Numbered from the stretch's first letter, positions 49,637 to 60,445 are shown. The stretch is 64,000 bases of DNA from Longimicrobiales bacterium (GCA_965218295.1 CBDCKN010000003.1:514391-578390); one strand, 5' to 3'. Notes: generated from the letters alone by a model not told the origin. Translations and numbers: made by a program.

Positions 49637-52450
49637 GGAGCCTGTCAACGCCAGTGTGTACAGAGATGGTAATGACCTGACAGTTTGGCCCTCGCCGGAG
49701 CTGTGTCTAGGCTGCCTTCGTCTTAGCCTCCTCCTTCCTGGCCTTTGCGGCCTTCCTGGCGTCGGTGAGACCGGCCTTGAAGACCTGATAGGGCGTGCGG
49801 CCCTCCATGGCTCGACCGCGGTGCGGCCGCTTCCGGTTGTAGGTCTCCAGATACGCCTCGAGGTCCTGCTGCATCTCCTCGACGGTCCTCGTACCAGGTG
49901 GTGCGGCCCTTCACCCTCAAGTGCTCGTCGAGGAGCGTGCGGTGGAAGCGCTCGATGAAGCCGTTGGGACTGGGGGCCTGCCCACCTTCGTCGTGCGGTG
50001 CTCGATGTCCTCGAGCTGAAGGAACAGCTCATATGGGTGACGGTCCGGACGGCCGCAGAACTCGCGGCCGTTGTCGCTGAGCACGGTCTTCACCCGGACC
50101 CGGTGCTCATCGAAGAACGGCAACACGTCGTTATTCATCACCTGCACCGCCGTGAGCGGGAGCTTGCTCGTGTAGAGCCGGCCCCAGGCGTAGCGGCTGA
50201 AGCAATCGAGCACGGTCTGCAGGGTACACCTTGCCGACCCCCTTCAGCGTTCCGACGAAGAACGTGTCCACGGCGACGAGGTCGCCCGGGTAATGGACTT
50301 CGATGTGGCGCTCCCGGAACTCGGGACTGAAGCGCTCCAGCAGCTCGATCTGCTCGTCGGTCAGCTTCAGCTTCCGTTCCCTGGCCGTCTCTTCGAGCCT
50401 GAGCAGCCGTTCGTGCTTCGTGGTGAGGCCATGCCGGCTCCACACGCCCCGTACGCCTCCTGAGCTCACCTGGATCCCTCCGAGCAGCAACTCGTCCGCG
50501 ACCCGCTGAGCTCCGTGCGTCGGAGCCTCCAAGGCGTGGGCCAAGACCGCCTGCTCAATCTCTTCACTCACCCGGTTCGGGTGCGGTCCCTTCGGCCCCG
50601 GAAGCTGGTCGATCAGCCCCTCGGCCCCGTAAAGCTGGAAGTTCCTCCTGATCTCGTAGAACTGCTGCCGGCTGTAGCCCACGATCTTGCACGCCTTGCT
50701 CACGTTGCCGAGCTCCTGGGCCAACTGTAGCAGGCTCAGCTTGCGGCGCGCTATCTTCTCCCCCTGGACGGTGGTCATCTTCTCTCCCGTGCTAAGTGAG
50801 TGACTTCGACATCTCTCAATTAGCTCCGGCGAGGGCGGCTGGCCACCGTCCTCTCTCGTGGTCAACTGTCAGGTGAATACCGTCTCAGCACAGCCAGTGA
50901 GACACTCTTGGGAATTAATTAGAGAGCAATCTCCTGTGTCGTGAGGGAGGGGGTTGGAGGATTGATCCAGACGGCCTCCGGGAGCGGTTTGGGCTTCGGC
51001 TCACCGGAGACCGAAGCGGTCGGGATGAGCGGCCCAGGCCTCGCGTAGCACGGCCTCCCTGCCGGCGATGACCTGATCGGCGTGACCGAAGTGGACCTGT
51101 TCGGGGGTCAGCATCGAGATGCCGCCATGGCGGTGCTCGGCATTATACCAACGGAAGAACGAGCGACAGAACATTTTGGCCTGGCCCTGATCCTCGAACC
51201 GTCCAGGAAACGAGGGATGGTACTTCAAGGTCTTGAACTGGGCCTCGGAGAACGGATTGTCATCCGACACCTGAGGTCGGCTCAGCGAGCGGGTCACCCC
51301 GAGATCGGCGAGGAGCTGAGCCGTGCATTGGCTCGTCATCGGAGCTCCTCGATCCGAGTGCAAGGTCAGGGACCTGGGGCTGGACGCCATGCTTCAGGCA
51401 ACTCTGCTGGATCAGGCGCCCGGCCAAGGCCGAGCTCTCCCGATCCGCCACCATCCATCCCACGATGTAGCGGCTGAAGATGTCCATGATGACGTAGAGG
51501 TAGAAGTAGCTCCACTTCCTCGGCCCCAGCAGCCGTGTGATATCCCAGGACCAGACCTGGCCCGGGCCCGTCGCCATCAACTCGGGTTTCTGGTATTCGG
51601 GATGACTCCGCTGCGCTCGGCGCTCTCGAACTGGCACTTGGGAGGCCAGAACGCGATACATCGTACGTTCGCTGCACAGGTAGACGTCTTCGTCGAGCAG
51701 GGTCGCCACAACCTCGGCCGGGGACCGGTCCACGAATCGCTCCGAACACAGCGTGTCGAAGACCTTGTCTCGTTCCTTCTCGCTCAAGGCCCGGGCTGGG
51801 GTCGGGCGGGGCTGCTGATGCCCGGTCGATGGCCTCCGACGACGATAGAACGTGGCTCGGGCGACCCTGAGCGCATCGCACGCGGGCTTTACCCCTACGT
51901 ACGTGGCCAGCGCCTCGGCCGCCTTCACGAGTTCGTCCCGTCCTCGAGGCTCAATCCCAGCAGCCCTGCAACTTTTCCCTGGACGTCGATGATCAGGCGC
52001 GCCTTCTCGAGTTCCTTCTCCAGGCGAGTGTTCTCGCGCTCCAGCTTGCGCACTTTCCCCTCCAGCGGATTCCGTTCGCTCGGCTTTCGACCTCGTCTCT
52101 TCGACAGCACTCTCAGCGACCCACTCCGCACCGCCTTGCGCCATGTCGTCAGGTGCGACGAGTACAAGCCCTCCCGTCGCAGGAGTCGCCCTACCTCTCC
52201 CGGCTCCGTGCACCGGTCCGCTTCTTCGACGACCCGCAGCTTGTACGACGGACTAAACCGTCGGCGCGTCGGCTTATCTACCACCTCCGCGTCCGGAGCA
52301 GCTGCCGCGCTTCGCTTACCCTCCCAGGTTAGTGGGGCGATTCCATTCTCTTCCATTCTCTCTCGGTGTCCCAGCATCCTCGGTTTCTCTGCCTTCGCCC
52401 TACTCTAATTCTTTACTCGTTCCGTGTCTCACCTAAGTTGGCAGAGAGGG
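49637..52450 (-). mobile_element. IS3-family element copy B (diverged isoform, orfB frameshifted, IS481 nested in its right IR)
   Basis: 4-bp TSD AATC at 49633 and 52451; orfA 51925..52377. Confidence 0.9.
49657..50892 (-). mobile_element. IS481-family element copy 2 (four 1-bp insertions)
   Basis: TSD GCCAGTG at 49650 and 50893; otherwise matches copy 3 where compared. Confidence 0.93.
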
Positions 52451-52799
52451 AATCGATGTCAGTTAATGGGCGGCGTCACTCGGTCGACTTAGAGCTTCAT
52501 CGAGGAGATCGCTGGGAGTTGTCGGTTAAATGCAACGATGAGATTCAGTTGGTAGGCTGGTATTTCCCGGAACTGCCGGGAAGACAGGATCCGCTGTACC
52601 ACAATCAGCTTATCTGCAACTTCATTGAGCGATAAGGTGCCTAGTCGACGGTTTTGTCTCTCGTGCAGCGAGGGCTGTTCGACAGTGTCGCTCAGATAAC
52701 ACATGGGCGAACCGATCACTCGGGTGGCTGGATTATTCCACTCGTAGCCGATTCCGGAGAGTAGTCATATGGGGGAAAACACCGTTTCGATCACGTAAG

Positions 52800-53941
52800 C
52801 TAACACAATCGGTTGACTACGTCATGTTTTTTCCACCAGCTCAGCAACGCCTGTTGCGCGATGTATGCAAAAAGATGCAATAACATAGGTGTATCCTTTG
52901 CCCTCCACGTGGCTCCGAGACTACTAGAACTCAATCCAAGAGGTACTTCGTTTGGCTTGTCATTCGGTGGATGTTGAACGATCGGAGGCCGACACATTGG
53001 ATGAGGGAATGCAATACCTCCGTGCAGGGCTTTGGAACGATAGCTATAGATTTTTTTCATCGCACCGATATAACTCGCATCACCAAAGTCAAATGTACAC
53101 GCGATAGGGCGAGATTTTGGCGGTTCGGGTTTGAAGCGTTTCATGAAGCTGATGAACTTCCCTGTTGAACCTATCACCCCTTCGAGTTCATTTGCTATCT
53201 TATCGATCAATTCACCGTCGGATTTCTGTTTCAATATGCTCACTATTTTGGGAAAACTAATTTTCAACCGTTCTCGTGCATCGTATTTTTGACCATCCCA
53301 GTACGTCGCAGCCGCCTCAATCGCAGACACGAAAAAAAATCCACGATATTTCGGGCGTTACGTCCGCGGACCAAAGTGCGATTTGATAGAGCCTGGCACT
53401 CTTGATTAACGCGATAGCTTCCGCTTGCTCAAGCCTAGGCAACGAGTGAAGAATCTGGAGATCACGCAAGTCTCGCTCGGAATGAAGCGATGGAATCTGG
53501 GGCCAATCCGTCAATAGCGGCAACCTGGGCTCGAACGCAGAATCATATGTTGTAGGAACTCCAAATCGGTCGCTACCTGTAAATTCACGATCTACGGGAG
53601 CAGCGCCAGCCCTAACGCCTAAGGCAAGAGAGACTAGAGCAGCAATCTCATCACACGACGTGCCGCCATGATAGTGCGCGTCGTCGGTGACCGTCATATC
53701 GCCGATTTCGTGCTGGACATGCACGGCAATCCGCAAGGACAATGGCAGGCTTTAAGTTGAATACTCCACCGGGCCTAGCTACAGGAACTGGATTGAGGAA
53801 ACTGTAGGGACCCAAGCCCAAAGCCTGTCCTATGAATCGGGAGTCTGAGTATAGTTTACACTCGAACGTATAGAGGACATCTTTGCTATCCTGCATCTCC
53901 CTCCAGTTGAACCAAATCCAAGGGGTATGTTTAGGGGCCAT
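52800..53941 (-). CDS. ApeA-like HEPN-domain protein (two apparent frameshifts)
   Basis: Three consecutive ORF pieces; ARLYQ.ALW, SAIEAAA and IYSYRSKALHGG (Rx4H); low GC. Confidence 0.7.
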
Positions 53942-54157
53942 TGTCGGTTCCTATTAGTCGTACTCGATTCGGTAATGTTTCGATGGACAGTGACGAATGA
54001 ATAACCTGTAATCCAGCTTAACTCCCGTTGGAACACGGCCATGTGTAACATACTGAAATGTTGGTGACCGCAACTCCGCAATCCCTCTGCATTGTGGAAA
54101 CCCGGAGCTACCTGCCTGAGGCGCCTGAGCCTTGATTGAAGAGATATAAACAAAGAC

Positions 54158-55388
54158 TGTACAGAGATGGTAATGACCTGACAGTTGGCCCTCGCCGGAG
54201 CTGTGTCTAGGCTGCCTTCGTCTTAGCCTCCTCCTTCCTGGCCTTTGCGGCCTTCCTGGCGTCGGTGAGACCGGCCTTGAAGACCTGATAGGGCGTGCGG
54301 CCCTCCATGGCTCGACCGCGGTGCGGCCGCTTCCGGTTGTAGGTCTCCAGATACGCCTCGAGGTCCTGCTGCATCTCCTCGACGGTCTCGTACCAGGTGG
54401 TGCGGCCCTTCACCCTCAAGTGCTCGTCGAGGAGCGTGCGGTGGAAGCGCTCGATGAAGCCGTTGGACTGGGGCCTGCCCACCTTCGTCGTGCGGTGCTC
54501 GATGTCCTCGAGCTGAAGGAACAGCTCATATGGGTGACGGTCCGGACGGCCGCAGAACTCGCGGCCGTTGTCGCTGAGCACGGTCTTCACCCGGACCCGG
54601 TGCTCATCGAAGAACGGCAACACGTCGTTATTCATCACCTGCACCGCCGTGAGCGGGAGCTTGCTCGTGTAGAGCCGGCCCCAGGCGTAGCGGCTGAAGC
54701 AATCGAGCACGGTCTGCAGGTACACCTTGCCGACCCCCTTCAGCGTTCCGACGAAGAACGTGTCCACGGCGACGAGGTCGCCCGGGTAATGGACTTCGAT
54801 GTGGCGCTCCCGGAACTCGGGACTGAAGCGCTCCAGCAGCTCGATCTGCTCGTCGGTCAGCTTCAGCTTCCGTTCCCTGGCCGTCTCTTCGAGCCTGAGC
54901 AGCCGTTCGTGCTTCGTGGTGAGGCCATGCCGGCTCCACACGCCCCGTACGCCTCCTGAGCTCACCTGGATCCCTCCGAGCAGCAACTCGTCCGCGACCC
55001 GCTGAGCTCCGTGCGTCGGAGCCTCCAAGGCGTGGGCCAAGACCGCCTGCTCAATCTCTTCACTCACCCGGTTCGGGTGCGGTCCCTTCGGCCCCGGAAG
55101 CTGGTCGATCAGCCCCTCGGCCCCGTAAAGCTGGAAGTTCCTCCTGATCTCGTAGAACTGCTGCCGGCTGTAGCCCACGATCTTGCACGCCTTGCTCACG
55201 TTGCCGAGCTCCTGGGCCAACTGTAGCAGGCTCAGCTTGCGGCGCGCTATCTTCTCCCCCTGGACGGTGGTCATCTTCTCTCCCGTGCTAAGTGAGTGAC
55301 TTCGACATCTCTCAATTAGCTCCGGCGAGGGCGGCTGGCCACCGTCCTCTCTCGTGGTCAACTGTCAGGTGAATACCGTCTCAGCACA
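54158..55388 (-). mobile_element. IS481-family element copy 3 (intact)
   Basis: TGT...ACA ends; TSD CAAAGAC at 54151 and 55389. Confidence 0.95.
54207..55274 (-). CDS. IS481 transposase
   Basis: Intact HTH + DDE ORF. Confidence 0.95.
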   Translation of the reverse strand: MTTVQGEKIARRKLSLLQLAQELGNVSKACKIVGYSRQQFYEIRRNFQLYGAEGLIDQLPGPKGPHPNRVSEEIEQAVLAHALEAPTHGAQRVADELLLGGIQVSSGGVRGVWSRHGLTTKHERLLRLEETARERKLKLTDEQIELLERFSPEFRERHIEVHYPGDLVAVDTFFVGTLKGVGKVYLQTVLDCFSRYAWGRLYTSKLPLTAVQVMNNDVLPFFDEHRVRVKTVLSDNGREFCGRPDRHPYELFLQLEDIEHRTTKVGRPQSNGFIERFHRTLLDEHLRVKGRTTWYETVEEMQQDLEAYLETYNRKRPHRGRAMEGRTPYQVFKAGLTDARKAAKARKEEAKTKAA

Positions 55389-55399
55389 CAAAGACGATG

Positions 55400-55730
55400 A
55401 TCAGCTACAACCCAAAGTGACTCGGATCGCGTGGCACCATCCTCGCCAGCCAGCTCCCCGTCGAGCACTGGCACGACCTCGTCGGTGACCCCACCTTCGG
55501 CGACGCCATCCTGGACCGGCTCCTCAACATATGCACACCGCATCACTCTCGAGGGCGCTTCCATGAGAAGGCTCTACGACTCGACCAAGTCCCACTCCAC
55601 CACCTAACTTCCACCCTCAACCCCAAGCCCCAGCGCCGCTATGGACCTCCGCTCCCCAGGGTGATCGACATCCCGTGGAATCGGTGATCGACATCGTGGA
55701 ACAGGTGATCGACATGCGTGGAATGCGGAA
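55400..55730 (+). mobile_element. IS21-family remnant: istB 3' end and right end with three internal repeats
   Basis: SQLPVEHWHD.VGDPT..DAILDRL; GTGATCGACAT..CGTGGAA x3 at 55661-55723. Confidence 0.8.
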
Positions 55731-56984
55731 TGACGCTGGATCAGTGATGGTGTCCCGCTGACAGTTGAAGGTGGTGGCTCCGGAGAGTCTCCTTGTTAGC
55801 CTGCCTTTCTCATTTCGGCAACCGGTTCATGGTCGTCGAGGTGGGCCCTGAGCATCCAGAGCTGGTCGTAGCCGATGATCCTCCGGTAGCTCTTCTCGGT
55901 CTCCACGAACGAGGCCGCAGCCCAGCGCAAGGCCATCGCTCCGTTCTTCCAGTTGGTCACCCTGCGGGTCTTCTGTCTTACGCCCGAGTGGGTGCTGTCG
56001 ATCAGGTTGGTCGAGCCCAGGCACTTCCTCAGCCGCGGCGGGAGGCCGAGCCGGTTGATCGTGAACATCTCGCTGAGGCCTTCGCGTAGGCTGGCCGAGG
56101 CCGAGGGGTGGTCGCGCTCGAGCCATCGGGCGAGCTGCTCGAGCTTCTGCTCGCCCTGCTTCGCGTCCAGCTTCATCGCCGCCCGGAACGCCGCCTTCAC
56201 CTGAGGATGCTGATCCTTCGGCAGATGACCCAGCACGTTGCGGAGCTTGTGGTTGCGGCAGCGCTGGATGGGGTGACGTTGGCCGAACACCTTCTCGATC
56301 GCCTTCCTGAGCGCTTTCGAGCCATCGATCACGAACAGCCGCCGCCTGCCCGGGTCCAGGCCGCGCTCGACCAGATCCTCTAGGAGCGCCCCGGTCACCT
56401 CGGCGTTCTCACTCGCTCCTTCCCTCACGCCCAGCACGTGCTTCTTTCCGTCTGAGTCCACGCCTACCGCAGCAAGCACGTGGTGCGAGCCCATCTGGAT
56501 CCCGTCCAGGTAGATCACCAGGAGGTCCCACGCATCCAGCCGGCGCTCCATCAGCTCCTTCAGCACGCGCTCCGAGGCCTCGACCGTCTCACGGCTCACC
56601 GCCGACTTGCTCACCCCGACCGTGTCGGCCATCTCACCGATCACACGGCCGTACTTCCGCGTGCTCACCCCCGCCATCAGGACCTCGAGCATCCGATCCG
56701 CCACGGCGCCCGGTCTCCGCATCGCTGCGTACGCCGGCACCTCGACCTCGCCACCCTCCCCGGCGCCCCGGCGCCTGAGCCGTGGCCGCTCCACACGCAC
56801 CTTCCGGTCCGACAGGTAAACCACACCACCCTGCCGGCCATACCACACCGTGTCGTCTTCCGCTCGTGACCGACCTGCCTGCTTCACGCCTGCCACACCC
56901 TCGGCGCTCATCTCCAGCACCGCTTCGATCGTCGCTCGTCCCATCGGAACCTGTCAACGCCAGTGAGACACTCTTGGAAATCAA

Positions 56985-57992
56985 TTAGAGAGCAATCTCC
57001 TGTGTAGTGAGGGATGGGGTGGGAGGATTGATCCAGACGGCCTCCGGGAGTGGTTTAGGCTTCGGCTCACCGGAGACGAAGCGCTCGGGATGAGCGGCCC
57101 ATGCCTCACGGAGCACGGCCTTCCTGCAGGCGATGATCCGATCGGCGTGACCGAAGTGGACCTGTTCGGGGGTCAGCATCGAGATGCCGCCATGGCGGTG
57201 CTCGGCATTATACCAACGGAAGAACGAGCGACAGAAGGTCTTGGCTTGCCCCTGATCCCCGAACCGGCCGGGAAACGAGGGATGGTACTTCAAGGTCTTG
57301 AACTGAGCCTCGGAGAACGGATTGTCATCCGAGACCTGGGGTCGGCCCAACGAGCGGGTCACGCCGAGATCGGCGAGTAGTTGAGCCGTGCATTGGCTCG
57401 TCATCGGAGCCCCTCGATCGGAATGCAGGGTCAGGAGGTGGGGCTGGACGCCATGCTTCAAGCAACTCTGCTGGATCAGCCGGCTGGCCAGGGCAGAGTT
57501 CTCCCGATCCGCCACCATCCATCCCACGACGTAGCGGCTGAAGATGTCCAGGATCACGTAGAGGTAGAAGTAACTCCACTTCTTCGGCCCCAGCAGCCGG
57601 GTGATATCCCAGGACCAGACCTGGTTCGGGCCCCTCGCCATCAACTCGGGCTTCTGGTATTTGGGATGACTCCGCTGCGCTCGACGCTCCTGAACCGGCA
57701 CCTGGGAAGCCAGAACGCGATACATCGTACGCTCGCTGCACAGGTAGACGTCCTCGTCGAGCAGCGTCGCCACCACCTCGGCTGGGGACCGGTCCACGAA
57801 CCGCTCCGAACACAGGGTGTCGAAAATCTTGTCCCGCTCCCTCTCACTTAAGGCCCGGGCGGGGGTCGGGCGGGGCTGCTGATGCCCGGTCGATGCACTC
57901 CGACGACGGTAGAACGTGGCTCGCGGCACCCTGAGCGCATCGCACGCGGGCTTCACCCCTACGTGCTTGGCTAGCTCCTGGGTCGCCTTCAT
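56985..57992 (-). CDS. IS3 transposase OrfB
   Basis: Differs from 32475..33482 at only two residues in the ORF track. Confidence 0.95.
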   Translation of the reverse strand: MKATQELAKHVGVKPACDALRVPRATFYRRRSASTGHQQPRPTPARALSERERDKIFDTLCSERFVDRSPAEVVATLLDEDVYLCSERTMYRVLASQVPVQERRAQRSHPKYQKPELMARGPNQVWSWDITRLLGPKKWSYFYLYVILDIFSRYVVGWMVADRENSALASRLIQQSCLKHGVQPHLLTLHSDRGAPMTSQCTAQLLADLGVTRSLGRPQVSDDNPFSEAQFKTLKYHPSFPGRFGDQGQAKTFCRSFFRWYNAEHRHGGISMLTPEQVHFGHADRIIACRKAVLREAWAAHPERFVSGEPKPKPLPEAVWINPPTPSLTTQEIAL

Positions 57993-58438
57993 GAGTTCGT
58001 CCCGTCCTCGAGGCTCAATCCCAGCAGCCCTGCAACTTTTCCCTGGACGTCGATGATCAAGTGCGCCTTCTGGAGCTCCTTCTCGAGGCGAGTGTTCTCG
58101 CGCTCCAGCTTGCGCACCTTCTCCTCCAGCGGATTGCGCTCGCGCTTACGGCCTCGTTTCTTCGACAGCGCTTTCAGGGACCCGCTATGCGCCGCCTTGC
58201 GCCATGTCGTCAGGTGCGACGAGTACAAGCCCTCCCGCCGTAGGAGTCGGCCAACCTCTCCGGGCTCCGTGCACCGGTCCGCTTCTTCGACGATCCGCAG
58301 CTTGTACGACGGAGCGAACCGCCGGCGCAGCGGCCTATCTACCACCTCCGAGTCCGCAGGAGCTGCCGCGCTTCGCTTACCGTCCCAGGTTGGTGGGGCT
58401 ATTCCATTCTCTTTCATTCTCTCACGGTGTCTCAGCAT
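57989..58438 (-). CDS. IS3 transposase OrfA
   Basis: Protein identical to 32029..32478. Confidence 0.9.
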   Translation of the reverse strand: MLRHRERMKENGIAPPTWDGKRSAAAPADSEVVDRPLRRRFAPSYKLRIVEEADRCTEPGEVGRLLRREGLYSSHLTTWRKAAHSGSLKALSKKRGRKRERNPLEEKVRKLERENTRLEKELQKAHLIIDVQGKVAGLLGLSLEDGTNS

Positions 58439-59111
58439 CCTCGGTTTCTCTGCCTTCGCCCTACTCTAATTCCTTAGCTGCTCTGTGTCTCACGTAAGTT
58501 GGCAGAGAGGGCATCACCTGGATGACTTCGTCGATCGCGACCTCCGTCTGCTCCACGAGCTCAAGCATCGGAAGCAGAAACTGCCCCTCCCGCTTCAGGA
58601 ACTCCCTGATCGCGCGCTTGTCCGCCCGATCCCTTACCTCGTACGTTCTCTTCATCGTGGTGGCTCCGTGTTGGGGTTTTTGCCTACCCGAGCCTATCGG
58701 CCCGGGACCCCCGGAGCCACCACTTTTCTTTCCCCCTATCAGGAACCTTCAACTACGGTTGGGACAGCTTCGGATCAGTGACACGGTCAGGGTGGACCGA
58801 GAACCTCAGTGCCTATTGGCAGACGCTACATTGCAACTTGATACCCTCTATTGGCGAGGGTTGCGCACGTGATGAGCGAGTTTCTCACGGCGGACGGTAC
58901 ATTCGACAACCCGGATTCGGCGACAGACGGCCATGGTCACGTAGCGGATGGAGCGGTCGACACCGCCCGCGCGGGGCGCCTGCCGCGCGCCTTTCCCTAG
59001 AAACACGAGGGCTCATCCCCTCCGCCAGTCGTCATATCGGCAACCGGCATTGATAGTTGCCCCAAGACTGCAACTCCACTTAAGGCCTGACGTCAGGTTT
59101 GATCTGCTAGC

Positions 59112-59127
59112 ATGATATATATATCAT
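59112..59127. promoter_or_regulatory. Perfect 16-bp palindrome ATGATATATATATCAT (candidate operator/promoter)
   Basis: Ends just before the ATG at 59129; TTGATC lies upstream at 59099. Confidence 0.6.
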
Positions 59128-59128
59128 A

Positions 59129-59338
59129 ATGGCGGTCTGGAAACAGACCGTGGCTGGCTCCGAGGTCAAGATCCACGATGTGGATCACATGCCTCCCCAT
59201 TGTCACGCTGACCCTGGGGGCAAGGACGTGAAAGTGAATCTTCACACTCTGCAAATCATCAATCCTCCACCGCACGCGCTCCCGCCCACACTGAGGCGCC
59301 GACTGCTCCATCTGCAGCCGGAGCTACTTGGGGCGTGA
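59129..59338 (+). CDS. DUF4160-like (HicA-related) small protein
   Basis: KIHDVDHMPPHCHA motif; C-terminus probably clipped by an indel before the usual Trp. Confidence 0.7.
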   Translation: MAVWKQTVAGSEVKIHDVDHMPPHCHADPGGKDVKVNLHTLQIINPPPHALPPTLRRRLLHLQPELLGA

Positions 59339-59389
59339 ACTGGTGAGGGTGGCTCCTCCGCGGTGTAGTCCTGGAGTTTCGTAGGGGCC

Positions 59390-60298
59390 ATGGCGCTGAT
59401 GACCGCATCCTCGACAGTCTCCGTTGACTATTCCGGAATCGGTAGTCGGAAGGCTCAGGATCGAGTGCGGGCGTGCATGGGAAGCCTTGGACTGGATGGC
59501 CGGGAACTCACGGATTTTTGGGAAGAATTCTGCGGGTCCAGTCCGAAGCCGACGATTCCCGATCGCACCCTGGTGATGGGTGACCTCGCGAGAATCTGGC
59601 TTCACTTCAGTGCATGTGACCAACCCACCTGGGTAGCATCGGTCCGGAAGGCTCGGCCCTACTTCCTGGCGTTCATCCGGACCAACAACGACCGGCGCTC
59701 AGCTCCGCTGATCGATGATCTCATGCGGAGCTGTGACCAGCGGCTGCTCGTCTGTGGCGACTTGGATGAGACCAAGCAGTTGGAGGCGTGCATCCATGAG
59801 GCCCTCGTTGCCCTCGATCCAGAGTCGCTCACCGACGTCAGGTACTCCTCCGCGACCGGCTCGTTCTGGATCCAATTCGGAGACGGCCTGAGTGGCAGTG
59901 CTAGTCTTGCTGATCTTGGGCTCAGAGACCTGCGAGACGAACTGGTACTAGAGTCTGGGATCCCGGGTGACCATGGTTCCGTGATGATACTGACGCGCAC
60001 AGACGGCTCTCCGTTCGAGATCGATTCCGCTTCACTTCGATCGGTTCTCGACTTGGAGTTCCACCAACGGCTGCAGGACGCCGCACATGCGTCAAATGCC
60101 ACCGTGGGTACTCGGGTCAGGGCCGCTCGCAAAGTTGCCGGCATCACTCAGTACGAACTGGGGCGAAGAGCCGGGCTCGACCAAGCCGTGATTTCGAACC
60201 TTGAGACAGGCAAACACGATCCCAGGGCCGAGACACTTCGTCGCCTGGCCCAGGCGCTAAACCTGAGCTTAGCAGGACTCCTCGTCGGCTCTAGCTGA
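59390..60298 (+). CDS. XRE-HTH protein with central DUF2442-like region and unknown N-terminal domain
   Basis: VR.ARK.AGITQ.EL..RAGL.QA.IS.LETG..DPR.ETL.RLA.AL; WIQFGDG. Confidence 0.75.
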   Translation: MALMTASSTVSVDYSGIGSRKAQDRVRACMGSLGLDGRELTDFWEEFCGSSPKPTIPDRTLVMGDLARIWLHFSACDQPTWVASVRKARPYFLAFIRTNNDRRSAPLIDDLMRSCDQRLLVCGDLDETKQLEACIHEALVALDPESLTDVRYSSATGSFWIQFGDGLSGSASLADLGLRDLRDELVLESGIPGDHGSVMILTRTDGSPFEIDSASLRSVLDLEFHQRLQDAAHASNATVGTRVRAARKVAGITQYELGRRAGLDQAVISNLETGKHDPRAETLRRLAQALNLSLAGLLVGSS

Positions 60299-60445
60299 CG
60301 GGGACCACGGCAGCTCGCCCCCCATCACCCGACTATACGATGAGAAATGTCATCTTCGTACCAACCAACGTGGTGTTTGGCGCCAAGCTACCGTCCAACA
60401 GCGCTATGACTCTGTGCTACTAATGTGCCTTCCGCAGAAGGTGCT

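Larger units (their letters stand above)
48281..52635 (+). pseudogene. HNH endonuclease with long C-terminal region, interrupted by IS3/IS481
   Basis: CCLC..EVHHI..GG.DD.DNAIALCFDCH; frameshift near 49115; ..TTYIES resumes as MSVNG.. after the AATC TSD at 52451. Confidence 0.8.
56946..58511 (-). mobile_element. IS3-family element copy C (nearly identical to copy A)
   Basis: 4-bp TSD CATC at 56942 and 58512. Confidence 0.93.
55746..58771 (-). mobile_element. IS256-family element whose transposase is interrupted by IS3
   Basis: IRs GATGGTGTCCC / rc GAAGCTGTCCC; 8-bp TSD GGATCAGT; ORF halves 58655->58512 and 56944->55796 (YLDG, VIDG, QRC..HK). Confidence 0.9.

Noticed and set aside
49637..49958. 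C-terminal half of ORF 49092..49958
   Set aside because: Read-through into IS3 and IS481 antisense sequence
46914..50892. Composite transposon of inverted IS481 copies around the HNH gene
   Set aside because: Each copy has its own distinct 7-bp TSD, so they are independent insertions
55661..55723. Three GTGATCGACAT..CGTGGAA repeats resembling a mini-CRISPR
   Set aside because: Spacers are only 2-3 bp, no cas genes are present, and the position after istB matches IS21 terminal repeats
31956..58511. Large inversion or composite transposon bounded by IS3 copies A and C
   Set aside because: Both copies retain their own matching TSDs (GGAT; CATC)
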